Positions 1-13,152 of a stretch of 64,000 nt of DNA are shown here, one piece after another. The stretch comes from Octopus sinensis (taxonomy: Eukaryota), in contig NC_043009.1 of NCBI RefSeq assembly GCF_006345805.1, positions 45,942,001-46,006,000 on the forward strand, written 5' to 3'. The stretch's first letter is position 1; each line of letters opens with the position of its first letter. A program made the translations under genes and the position numbers. Below the pieces are notes generated by a model that worked only from the letters and a program-made list of their open reading frames with translations, ran no database searches and was not told the origin of the DNA.

Positions 1-1089
1 CAGACTAGTGATTTATAATTCTATATTTGCATTTGCTGTGGTTTATATATTTTCATACGTTGTCAAAAAGGTGTGAAGAATCGTGAAGAGAATTAAATAA
101 TAACGTATGAGTAGTTGGCTTCATCCGTTTGTGCCTCAATTTTCATACATTCTCTTTCCTCCGTCTTCTAAAGGAAGCGAGTGCACTTCGAGGAAAGAAA
201 TGCTTTCTGTAGTTGTAAGCACGTTTATGATTCAAGATTATAACTTACAGTTTTGAAGTGTGTTTACTGTATTCGTTCTTAAGTGTTTATTCAGTCTTCA
301 GTTTGGCGCAGTGTGTCTATGGGAACATTGCCAGAGCATTGATGGTGTGAAAATATAGGTGAAGAATATGAACAGAATCAAGATACGCAAGATGAGAGGG
401 TGGCGCAATAAAGTTGTAAGAAAAAAAGAGAAAGTGTGGAGAAGCATAAGAAAGTTGTTTATATAAAAGTACACAAAGGGTAGCAGATTATGCTTGGAAT
501 TGTTCGATATTTTGATTTTGTTTTCTACTTGTTCTGTAATTTCAGCGTTACATTTTTATTAATAAGCTTTCTTTTTTTGTTATTTTTGGATATTTATTTT
601 CATATTTTAATCTAATACAAACATTCTGTGAAATGTTTGGTTGAAAAAATATTTATTTTTCTGAATAATTTCAATTTACGAGGTTTATTGTTATCTTGAT
701 TTTCTTTCTAATACCATCAAATACATATTGACGTTAGCATCATTGTTACTAATCCTCCTCTTCCTCTACCTCCTCCTCTTCCCCTCCTCCTCCTCCTCCT
801 CATTCTCCTCATCATCACTATCATCATCATCATCATCATCATTAATCATCATCATCATCACCTCTGTCGTTCTTGTCATTGTCATCTTCCTCATTATCAT
901 TCTTGTCATGGGGATATTTTTATGGCTGGGATCATTGTCCTGTGTCTAGTGGTATTAGAAGTAATGCTGTATCTATAGTATCAGCAATTATATAAACGAC
1001 AACAGCAGCAACAACTGCAGCAGAAGTAGAAGTAGAAGTAACACCTACGCCAGATAAAATGCTTGAATCTCTTCACTTTATTTATCTTT

Positions 1090-1490
1090 TATCATTTTGT
1101 CTTTTACTTGTTTCAATCATTAGAGTGCGGCCATGCTGGGATACCGCCTTGAAGGATTTTAGTGGAACAAATCGACCCAGTGCTTATTTTTAAGCCTGGC
1201 TCTTATGCTATCGGCGTCTTTTGCCGAACCATTAAGTTATGGGGGACGTAAGCAAACCAACACTGATTCTCAAGCGGTGGTTGGGGAAACAAACACAGAC
1301 ACACGCACACACATACTCTCACGTACATAAAGATGTATACGAGGGTCTTCTTTCAGTTTTTGTCTACCAAATCCTTCTATTCAGAAGACCTTGGTCGACC
1401 CGAGGTACTGTAAAGACACCCAAGGTTCCACTGAGCCAAGAACCACGTGGTTGGGAAGCAAACTTCATACGTCACAACCACGCCTGGCCT
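1090..1490 (-). mobile_element. tRNA-headed SINE family A, diverged copy
   Basis: Colinear with 4465-4869 (cttttacttgtttc...gcggccatgctgg...ttggtcgacccgagg...accacgcctggcct). Confidence 0.85.
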
Positions 1491-2810
1491 ATACTCATAT
1501 TCCGATTGTTCTCATGTCCATAGGCTAGTTGATAGGCTTTCAAGGTGGATCCTCTGCATACAGATCGGTCCAAATCCCAGAGCACCCACAATGCATTATT
1601 TTACAAAAGTTAGCAAACATGTATGTTTTCGTGTATTTCCTCGTTTTCTCATCTTTATACCGGGAACCTATATGTTTCCCCATGAAATGAACAGGCATTT
1701 AACACTGTGATTGTTACGCTATATGTTGGGTCTGTAAGTGGGTGCTCAGTTGATAGATCTGTTCGAAGGTTGGGTAACTAATAAAGCCATAATGCAGTAT
1801 GGCTCTTCGTAAGTTGATGTATTTTCCTATGAAAAGCACAGAGCATTTCACTCTGGGAATATATGAAGATTACATCTATGAAGAGTATTAACAGATACGT
1901 TCATCTATTCTTGAATCTCTGTTGAAAATTTATTGCACTCAACCGTCCAAAATTATCAGAAATATTTCAGATTTAAGGTTTCACATAATTCATGTTGATG
2001 TATAAGAAATCAAAATATCTGTACAAATTATCTTTCAAAAAACAGTGAATTCGATCCATTAATTATATTACCTTCTTTATTTTCATGTCGTCATAAACTA
2101 TGGAGATACATTCAAATCACAAAATAAACTATGATCATAAAATAAAGTACTAGCCTGATATCAGCCATGAAATTCATGTATTTAGGTTTACACTAAAGGC
2201 TATTTTCATTGTTCATGAGATATCATTTCTACAAAAAAGTAAAAACTAAATTTTACAAAATCATGTTTTACAATCATATTGTCTTTTTTAAGAGTTTTAA
2301 TTAAAATACAAGCTTCATTTTTACTTTTAATAATCGAAGTTGAGAGGAGGCCTCGTGAGGCCCAAATCAGTTTTGTGTTGTCTGAAGTTATTTATCGTGG
2401 AGGCCCTGGTTGTACGACATAATCAGCTGTCTGGTTCATGTTGCATGTGTTAGTATTGCTTAGTTTAGAAAGTTTGACAGAAATCTGTGTATATCCCCTG
2501 GATTTATATTTGTAAAACTGTTGGGTTATTTATTTTTAACTGTTGTGTATGGATTTTAACTCGTGGGTTTTACATTCTAACTTCTGAGTTTCTGATTATA
2601 ATTTGGATTTTTACTCATAAGAGTTGGATTCCTGTAAGAAACTGTTGTTTTCAACAGTTGTGTTTCAGTATGAATAATGCCAGCTTGCTGTCATTTCTTT
2701 ACTTTGATTTTGCTTTCAAAGATCTTGAGGCTTACAATTTTGCGTTACTGCTTTTAACGCTTGGATATGCAGCTCTTGAATTTTAAAGTTTAAGCCTACC
2801 ATATATATAT

Positions 2811-2856
<46 letters not shown>

Positions 2857-4036
2857 ACAGTCAACTTCAGTCAAGTCTTAGTAACTTATTACTTCGATGT
2901 TTAATTTCCTATTTCCTTATTGAATATTTTATATGTCAATATTTTATATAACATGTTCTATTGTCCCTGCGGAATGCTTAGGGAAAATGTCTTCAGTCGT
3001 AGCTTCGCTCGACTAAATTTTTGTCCACTAAATTTGATCGAGTTAAAAATGGTTAGATGGGCCATTTTGGTTTAGGTTGTCATTCCTGTAACAGTTCTCG
3101 CCAGCATTTATTTATTGTTTTTTTATCACCACGCTTTTGTTTGTATTCTTTATTCTTCCCTGCTTGCTTTTATTATTGTCACTATTGTCAAAGTTATAAT
3201 TATGATAGAAATAGTAAAAAGATGAAACAGACATCCCTATTGTAAATAAATCATTATTACCATCAATTTTATTATCTCCATAACTTCATCTTCACTACAA
3301 TATTTTTATACACTTATTTCATCATTATCATCATTCTCCCTCTCGTGATCGTCGTCATTATTATCAACTCTTATTTCCAACGTGATGGTTTGTATAAACA
3401 GAAGCTAAAATGTATGTTTATTTTGCAAATATACAAATATATCTAAACACATCGAAACCGTTCTGTTGCGGATAATATCTCTGTTGGAGCTCAAAGGGAC
3501 TGCCTGGTGATAAGACAATCGGCTGCTTGTGACTTTTAATTCGACAACTGTTTAAGTGGTTCGTTGCTTGGATGAGTGGTCAGTTGGTTGAGGGATTGTT
3601 TAGTTGGTGGGTTGTCTGATTGGTTGTTTGTTTGTTAGCTGTTGGGTTTGTATTTTGGATGACTGGTTGGTTGGTTTGATGACTAGATGTTTGGTTGATT
3701 GGGTATTTGTTTGGCACATCGATCAATTGGGTACGGCTTGGTTGACAGGTTATATGAGGTATTGTAACTCCAAATAATGTGAAAATGTATGTACATATGT
3801 ATAATTGTCTATACATTTTCATGTACCACTATATATATATACACATATATATATATATACACACATACATACGTACATACATACATGTGTATGTTTATAC
3901 AGGTACGTATTTATACATGTGCAAATGTGTGATTTTTACAACTAATTGAAGAAAGGCATTGGAATCGTGATGGTTAACACACAATCAGACACATACGCAC
4001 GTAGGAATCAATATTTGTGTTTATGTATCTGCTTCT

Positions 4037-4122
<86 letters not shown>
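4037..4122. repeat. (TATC)n microsatellite
   Basis: Perfect tetranucleotide run. Confidence 0.95.
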
Positions 4123-4127
4123 GTGTT

Positions 4128-4360
4128 TGAGTGGACGACTGGTTAAGAAATTCTGTTCGGAATAACATGATCCCGGGTTCGATTCCAATGTGAAGGATCT
4201 TGGGAATAATAGAAGTTTTTTTTTATATATATAATCATGTAACTTCGGATCAACCCAAGCCTTTTGTGTGAAATTAGAAAGTGAGGAAACACGCTCGTAA
4301 CACACTGTATCACGCTAACTCTGCCACATAAACATAATAAATTACATGTCTCTGTGGAAT
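4128..4360 (+). mobile_element. Older tRNA-derived SINE (family B), degenerate
   Basis: tggttaag A-box-like and gggttcgattcc B-box. Similar degenerate copies at about 43490-43830 and 60980-61290. Confidence 0.55.
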
Positions 4361-4464
4361 GCATACCTTTATATAAGTTAGTTCCTGTGAGAGTAAATCA
4401 CTTTGATAGAACAACTGAATTCACATCATCGTATATGTGCGTGTGGTTTATGTATGTATATATA

Positions 4465-4869
4465 CTCTTTTACTCTTTTACTTGTTTCAGTCATTTGACT
4501 GCGGCCATGCTGGAGCACCGCCTTTAAACGAGCAACTCGACTCCGGGAGTTAATCTTTTGTAAGCCCAGTACTTATTCTATCGGTCTCTTTTGCCGAACC
4601 ACTAATTAACGAGGACATAAACACACCAGCATCGGTTGTCAAGCAATGCTAGGGGGACAAACACAGACACACAAATACACACACACATATATATATACAT
4701 ATATACGACGGGCTTCTTTCAGTTTCCGTCTACCAAATCCACTCACAAGGCTTTGGTCGGCCCGAGGCTATAGTAGAAGACACTTGCCCAAGGTGCCACG
4801 CAGTGGGACTGAACCCCGAACCATGTGGTTGGTAAGCAAGCTACTTACCACACAGCCACTCCTGCGCCT
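4465..4869 (-). mobile_element. tRNA-headed SINE family A, full-length copy
   Basis: Minus strand begins aggcgcaggagtggctgtgtggtaag...ggttcagtcccactgc (A/B-box-like). It has an internal (TA)/(TG) microsatellite and a (aaaagagt)n tail. Eight copies in the window. Confidence 0.9.
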
Positions 4870-6643
4870 ATATGTTATTTAATTATTTAAATTCTTCGTT
4901 TAAAGAAGGAACTGGTTTCTAACAAGGATACAAAGCTCCATCGTTGGAATGTAGTTAACGAAAACCATGTCACATTTTAAACCTGAGAAAATTCAAGTAT
5001 AGTTTTACTCTTCTGCTAACAGGTCAGATGTGTAATGTGCAGGTCAGCTGGTTGGTTTCTTTTTCTGAAAATCCAAGCTTATCCAGACTGACGGTTAAAT
5101 ATTTACTTACAGAATCAACTGCTCCAATTATTATTGGTATAAATGTAAATTTATAAGCCAGATGTAGAAGCTGGAGGTTTCAAAGCAGTTGCCCATAGTT
5201 ATCTTCTGTCTCTTTAATTTCCAAATACGTATTTACATCAGCAGGACAGCTGACCTATATGATGGTGCATATTTTTTCTTATGTGTCCCAAACGACAATA
5301 TCCGGCGTGATATACTTACACTTGACAGATGTTCCACCAGTATTCCTTGTACTGACATTTGCGTACATAGGAGGATCGTATGTATTCATTTCAGGGAAGA
5401 CTTTTCCCGGATGACACTGTATGTATGCATGTATGCATGTATGTATGTATGTATGTATGTATGTATGTATGTATGTATGTATGTATGTATGTATGTATGT
5501 ATGTATGTATGTATTTATTTATTTATATGAGTTTATGTGTGTATGAGTGTGTGAGAGCGTATGTGTGTAGAGAAATACATGTATAAATATATGCATGTAA
5601 AGATACATATGTAAATATACATACATATATAAATAGAGAGATGGGGCGAGACAGACAGACAGAAAGTGTGTATGTGTGTCTGAGTGTCTGTGTGTGTATG
5701 TGTGTCTGTGTGTGTCTGTGTGTGTCTGTGTGTGTCTGTGTGTGTCAGTGTGTAATAAATGAGAGCATTAACGATATTAACAATATAAAAATCAAATCAT
5801 AAATCTAATGCTCTTTATGTCTGTTGCACGATATCATCAAATAGAAATAAATAGAAAGACCATCTTGAACAAATATATTTCGGTAGTGTTGAACTGCAAG
5901 TATTTAGCATTTCTACGTATGTTTGTCACGTTCCAGTTTAGGTAAATATATCTACATAAACTTGTCACATTTCCCAAGTTAACATACACTCTCAATCATG
6001 CATAATCCAATAGAAATCGAAATAAACTGATAAAATATGCGGCAAAAATAGGAAACATGAGAAAATATCGATAAATATAGGAAACAGGATTTAAAAGAAA
6101 AAAAGGTGATAAAGCAAAACAAAGGAGTACTGTATGATTGTGTGACAACTTCTTCGCACTTTATTTTTTTCTTTCGTGAGTAACATTTAAGCAGACATGC
6201 ACGCGCACACATCGATGTGTATTATTATCATGTGCACGTGTGTATGTATATATGCATGTGTGTGTCTGTTTGTATGTATATAAGGCGATATGTATGTATA
6301 TGAGTGTACATATATATGTTTGTGTGTATTACGTGTCGCTATGTATGTATATGTTTTTGTTTATATTTACATATATGTGTATATATTTATTATTATATCT
6401 ATATGTATATATGTGTGTGTATTTCAATATATACACATACACACACACGTATATTTTTGAGTGCCATTAAGAAGAAAAATTTTGAAACGTACTTACTTTC
6501 TATGTGGTAGCTAATCAGCAGAAAGTAAAGCATTTCAAATACCAGATCGATAGATCAATATTTAGATCACCTTACGAGGAGTAACTTAAATTTTGATACC
6601 TCTGGAGACGAAATATGATAATATTTTTAATATATTGGCGCAT

Positions 6644-6735
6644 GAAGGCGCGTGGCCTGGTGGTTAGGTTATGTACTCACGATTTGACAATCGTGTTTTT
6701 ATTCGCAGATCAGGCGGCTTGTTGTGCTCTTTACC
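6644..6735 (+). mobile_element. Degenerate tRNA-like SINE head
   Basis: gaaggcgcgtggcctggtggttagg...ctcacgat...gttgtgctctt. A related reversed remnant lies near 40060-40140. Confidence 0.4.
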
Positions 6736-8756
6736 TTACTCTAGTGCCGTGTGCGGACTGACATGTCAAAAAATACACACGATGTTTCCTATGCCTGTTG
6801 TAAAGGGCGACTAAATGAGGTTGATGTAGGACTTGCACTCCAGCCTCGTAAAACCGTCAGCAGTAACTCCGCCAGGAGTAGGGCAACAACAGCAAATGGT
6901 GGATGAGGAGACTCGCAGCCACAGTGCATTCCCCTATGCTACTTCTACTCTTGGCGCTATAAATTATTTTCATTTGTGGGTAAATTTTTACTTTATTTAC
7001 ATTATTTACGTTTAACGGATATTTGTCCTCATCTCGTCAAATTTAAATAATGTAAATAATGTAAATAATGTACATAATTCCCCATCTCTTAAATATAGAA
7101 CTGCAATTTTTACAGTTAGCTAGAATCTTTTGCAGATGGCCAACATAAATTCCTTGATAAATCACATAAACTCGTTAAGTATAAGAGTAAAGTTAAGAAG
7201 TTTAATCGTTAAAAATGATCATGAAAAGTCTCATTTGGTTGTTGGATATACTTTTGCATCTTCTGTGAGTGATAGAATCATACCATTAGTAGTTGTTGAT
7301 ATTTTATTTTTTTAATTATATGTCAGGAATTAGAAACACCTTAGTATTTGACATAATAAAATTTGCATACCATGTATGTGAAATAAAAAATTATGTTGCA
7401 AATGAAATTGTTGAAAGCCGTTAAAGGCATTACTTCTGAGCCAGGAATTATCCCACTTTATTATATTTGTTGGCCCATTTCAGACCGATGCCTCAAGATA
7501 TTGAAAATATAGAACAAAGTTCTCACCATTTCATTTTACAACGTACTAAATATCAGTTAATGACTAGAATGTTATCACATTTATATTTATTTAAATAAAT
7601 AAGAGTATAGTGGAAACCTACTATATTCAAATGATTAACGGATAGTTTTAGATTCTTCTGTTGGCAGTACATTGCTATCCAATCTACTGTCCTGAAAAGT
7701 ACAAGCGTTTTCATACATCACAAGATACATCGAGTTATGCACTATTTTATAGGCTATACATTCAGGCAAACATACACATTAATAAAAAAAAACATACGCA
7801 AACTATGTGTGCATAAACAACACTAGCCAATATCAAAAATAAAAACTTGAAGGCAACACCACTCCACATCATCAAGGCGAAGTTGACATATGCTGGAAAT
7901 GATGATAAAATTGAATTTGGGAATTTATGGTTCCAAAGAAGCTACGAGTATCTGATATGCATATAGGAAAAGAAAAGCCCAAAAAGAAGTGTATTGTCAT
8001 ATTTTGAATATACAATATCTAACAAAAAAACACTCACATACACAGACACACACATACACACACACACACACTCATATACAAACACAAACACACACACTCA
8101 TATGTATATATATATACGTGTATATATATATGTGTATATATATATATATGTGTATGTATATAAATATATATATGTACACACACATCTTGTATAATAAATT
8201 TAGACACCATGTAGAAGAATACTGTAGGTTTATTCCAGCACAATGTTGATGCATGGAAATTTCTATGGGCCTCAAATATCTATGGTTCTATAGAACAGAA
8301 TTGTGTGCATAAATACAATTATGATTTTCTGTTCCATATAAGACACTTCATTATTTGGAATGAAGCAAAGATATGTTAGCATATGTGTGTGTGTTTAAGC
8401 ATATAAATATATGTATATGTTTGTATATGCATATATATTTAAGTGTGTAAGTATTATGCATGTATGTATGTATATATATGCATATATATATAATCATATA
8501 TTCATATGTAGGTATTAGAGAACATATATGCATACACACGCTGTTATGTGTACTTTTATGCATGAGTACATATATATGTCCATATTATATACACATGTGT
8601 GTATCTCTCTCACTCCCACAAGTTTGTATATATATATATATATATATACATACATACATATGCACAAATGTACACACACAAATACACACAGAATGAAAAA
8701 ACAAAATTCACATAATTATTCGTGTGCTAACGAGGCATTTCAGAATTACGAGAAGC

Positions 8757-8759
<3 letters not shown>

Positions 8760-8819
<60 letters not shown>

Positions 8820-8822
8820 GAC

Positions 8823-8855
<33 letters not shown>

Positions 8856-8868
8856 GGCAGAGACAGAG
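8760..8868. repeat. (AG)n/(AGAC)n microsatellite
   Basis: Direct reading. Confidence 0.95.
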
Positions 8869-10166
8869 AAGGGAATAATCGGGACAAAAAATGGCCAGGA
8901 GTATGGTAGCTATTTCTTAGAGAGACGGAGGGTGAAGGAGAGCGTGAGAGAGGGAAGAAGAGAGAGAGGGAGAGAAAGGGGAAGAGAGAGTGAGACTTAA
9001 GAGCAAACAGCAAATACATACATTACACACGCATACACACACGCGTGTCTGTCTGTGTATGTGTGTGTGTTAACCGGTATTTAATGCATTTTTTTGATAT
9101 TAAGTTATATATAAATGCAATTTGGTATTAAACTCAATGATTGCTCACTACTTTTTTGCAAAGTATATATATATCTATTAACTTTTATAAGGAAAAGGTT
9201 GACAATGACTTCGAAGTTTCGGCTTGCTTGCCTTCATCATGTATATAGATGGGTGTATGTGCGTATGCATACGTCTTGTGAGTTTTCAAGCTTACGAGAG
9301 TGCGTGCGTTCATGTGTATCTTGTGAACGAACGAAATTATGGAGGAAAGACTGAAAGAGATAAAATAAAATAAAACAACAAAATAAATAAACAAAATGTT
9401 TTTTATAGAGATGAGAAAACATCTGAGTAGAAACTACTAATGATATAGATAATTGCAGACTTTAAATTCTTAAGAGAGTGTCAAATAAAGAAGGTTACAA
9501 GGATATTTCAAAATAAAGAAAAAGAATGAACACAAAAAAGAAAATTGTAGAAGGAATTGAAGTCGAGTGTTCGAAGACAAGGTTTAAATTGTTTCAGCAT
9601 AAAACAGAAAGTTTAATGAATAGATCGACAGGGAATGATTGTCACGTGTTTAGCAGAAGGAAGTGGAGGAGCGCAAAAAGAGAATTGTTAGCGAAACATG
9701 CGAATCGATATTGAGATGAGGGAAGCGGGCGGCAAAGAAAACAATTTGTACAAAAACAAAGGAGGAACTGCTCTGTGTATGTGTGTTTTTGTGTGTCTGT
9801 GTGTGTGTGGGGGGGGGGTGCTTGCATGTGTGCGTGTGTGCGCGTGGAGAGAGTGAGAGTAAAAGAGGTGAGAGATAAGGAATGAAAGGGGCTGGTAAAT
9901 TATTAAAGGCTCGTTAGCAAAAGGCAAAAGAAATATACACGGAGAGAAAGATAACGTGAGAGCGAGATGTAGAAAGAGAGAGAAAGAGAGAGAGAAAGAG
10001 GGAGAGAGAGAGTGGGAGAGAGAGAGAGAGATAAAAGACAAAAGGAAATGTACTAACAAGTGTGTTTAATGTTTGTCTCGAAAGTACGAACGAAAGTACA
10101 CAGATTAATATATACATATTAATGCAGTCATATACATACATATTTATACATATATGTGTTTCTATA

Positions 10167-10241
<75 letters not shown>

Positions 10242-10516
10242 ATGCTTTTCGAAATAAACTTTACACTTTATGTCAGAAAATCTGAGGAAGCTGTATGGTC
10301 ATGTACAAGCACCCATCTCGGGATGCCCTGCATCTTATAGCAGAAACAATTACAAGCTATTACAGCTGGTTATGTAATTCCTGTTCCCTTGTCATTTATT
10401 TAATTTCATATTACCCTCTTTACTCAAGAAAAGCTTTATCCTGAAGCATATATATATATTTTGATGTAACACCAAGTTATAAGTATCGATAAATCTAAAC
10501 GAAATCTTAATATATA

Positions 10517-10733
10517 TGCGGGGCTGCTGAAAAGTTCTTGGCGTTGAGGGCGTTACGAAAGGCTTGGCTGGAGGCCCAACCTTCCGGGTTCTTTTACAGG
10601 GCTTAGAAAATCTGAAGGACCGATGCAATAAATGTGTGAATCTGAGAGGGAAATTTACTGAATAAGATCATAATTAACTGATCCTCCTGTATTTTTTTTT
10701 ACCCAAGCCAGGAAATTTTCAGCATCCGTCATG
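10517..10733 (+). mobile_element. Internally deleted mariner (non-autonomous)
   Basis: Imperfect TIRs (gctgctgaaaagttcttggc / gccaggaaattttcagcatc) next to TA. The interior encodes the mariner transposase C-terminus FLQGLENLKDRCNKCVNLRGKFTE*. Confidence 0.8.
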
Positions 10734-11099
10734 TAAATATAAAGTTCACAAATGAGATCCTGATATTCTCCGTATAGAAGACACTTAGTAGTGCTCAAAA
10801 GATTCAAACATAGATTCCGATGTCTTCACAGGGGATCATCCCATCAGATACAGAGAGGCTATTAGAGGGATCAAGTTGAGAGGGTATCGAAGCAGTTATG
10901 GGGGTAAACAAATTAGACAAATATATTAACTATATTAAATACATCAAATACAAAATATGCATATATGTATACATGCAAAACGAGAGTAAGCAAAAGGTGG
11001 AAACTTCCAGATAATGAATTTTTATGTATAAATATATAGATATTTATATTAATAAGTTCAACTTAAACAGATTACAAAAGACCAAGAAAATTAAAGGGG

Positions 11100-11950
11100 T
11101 GGAAGAAAGGTCCAAAAGCTGTTTCTGGAGTTACCGCGATCGATAATGATGTTGGTAGATTTAGTTCATTACAAAATGCAGCTGTATGAATGTATTTAAC
11201 ATGAGTTGAGACAAGCCTCTGATATCAGGCTTGAGGAGATCTTAGATTTCTTAATGCAGAGATGTTTAAAGATGGAATGATTAAATGTGGAGAGCTAAGT
11301 GTATTAGATGGGTATTAAGACAAGGAATGGTGAGAGGAGAAAAGATTGTTGAAGTCGAGTGAGGGTTTAATTATGAGGCTACTAAGGAAATGGTAGTAGA
11401 GGTGAAAAGCATGAAGATAAATAGGAGGTTGGGGTAATATATGAATGGTAGTCTATTGTGTTGAGCTTGTTAAAGTTTAGAGATGGAAGCTACAGAATTA
11501 TTGGTTGCGATAGTGAGAAAAGGAATGGCAATTATTTGAGGGAAGTAAAGTGTCTAGTTCTGTGGCAGAGGAAGATTACTAAGGTATATAGGAAGGTATG
11601 AGAGAAGACAGCGGGGGATGGACAGAACAGGGGGTGAGTTGGCGGTGAAGATAACAGGGGTTTGTGGGATAATGAATGTGGGTTGGTATTAGAGGAAGTG
11701 TACAGTGGTATACAGAGATGTATGAAATTGAATAGAGGGAAGTGAGTGTAGGGAGGCTACGAGGGAGGTGGAATGCAGTGGATTAGAGGAATTTGCAAGG
11801 GTAACAATGAGAAAGAATAGTTTAATAGGGAGGGTAATATTAGTTGAGGTGGTGGGTTGCTAGGCTGACCTTGTCCTACCTCGAAGTTAATTTGAGTAAG
11901 GAAACTTATGGTTGTGGAATTACACAGATTTAATAAAATACGCAAATGAT
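11100..11950 (-). mobile_element. Degenerate repeat, possibly Penelope-like
   Basis: Strong purine bias on the + strand. The minus strand has an eroded cctgat...ccagaaacagct pattern. No intact ORF. Confidence 0.25.
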
Positions 11951-12014
11951 GAATAGAACTTCTGTTTACAAGATGGTGAGGGACAACTGCACATACACAC
12001 ATAATTATATTACC

Positions 12015-12200
12015 AGAAGATGGAATGAACAGGTTTTAATCCCGATCACTGCGACTGTTTCTGTGTATTAGTATTAGCAGAGTGTTTCACACATTGCACA
12101 TATTATACAAATATGATCCATGAATAGTTGTGTACCTGCACGTCATAAGGGGAGTAGCTTTGAGAGTGATGTAGATTAAAACCTGTTCATTCTATCTTCT
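12015..12200. mobile_element. MITE with 27-bp TIRs
   Basis: agaagatggaatgaacaggttttaatc (12015-41) versus gattaaaacctgttcattctatcttct (12174-200), one mismatch. Confidence 0.75.
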
Positions 12201-12938
12201 TGCATTTTTTTTGGGGGGGGGATGAATTCTTCATATACTAACGGATTCCCACATGTATATCTACTAATCGGAGAATTCCTCTTCTATATGGTAGTATAGT
12301 TATCGATACCCGTTGAGGAGCTTTGGAATGCACGTTACACACACACACACACACAACACACACACACACCACACACACACACACAACACACACACACACA
12401 CACAATGATCGGTGGAAAGATCCGAGACTCCTTTTTTTTTCCTATTTTTTTCGGGCACAAGCATAATAGATTGAATACAAAAGAACTGGATTGTGAATAT
12501 TATTCTATTGAAACGGAATTACAAGCATTTACTGTAACAGAATACCTTTTCTGTCAATCTTTTGGTTCTTCTGTGTCTACACCAATAAACTGATATTAGA
12601 TTTATGCTGGAATGCATTCATTTCAGTTTATGTATTTATCCAGTCGAAAAATTGAAGTAGACGCTACTCTCCCAGATCTGGGATCTTGATCTAGCTACTT
12701 CCCTTTCTCCACTAAATCTGCTGAGGAATATCCTATTGATATAGATAATAATAAGTAAATAAATGAATATATAACGAAAACTATTTAATCTCATATATTT
12801 TTACAACAGTCAAATATGGTTTTCCAACAGCTTTTTGTTGACACCATAATAAAATAAATTTAGACACCGTCTAGGATTTTTGTAATCATTATAAAGCATG
12901 CAAGGGCGGTGGACTGAGAGAAGTGTTATAATGTCAGA

Positions 12939-13152
12939 ATCGTTAGCACGCCGGGCGAAATGCTTATCGGTATTTCGTCTACCGTTACGTTCTGAGTTCA
13001 AATTCCGCCGAGGTCGACTTTGCCTTTCATCCTTTCGGGGTCGATTAAATAAGTACCAGTTACGTACTGGGGTCGATATACTTGACTTAATATGTTTGTC
13101 TGTCATTGTTTGTCCTCTCTGTGTTTAGCCCCTTGTGGGTAGTAAAGAAAGA
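12939..13152 (+). mobile_element. SINE family C, 5'-truncated, with 14-bp TSD, nested in an older copy
   Basis: Core gaggtcgactttgcctttcatcctttcggggtcgat. TSD gttataatgtcaga at 12925-38 and 13153-66. Confidence 0.9.

Noticed and set aside
4800-4869. tRNA genes
   Set aside because: The A/B-box-like sequences are SINE heads joined to SINE bodies; no complete cloverleaf was seen.
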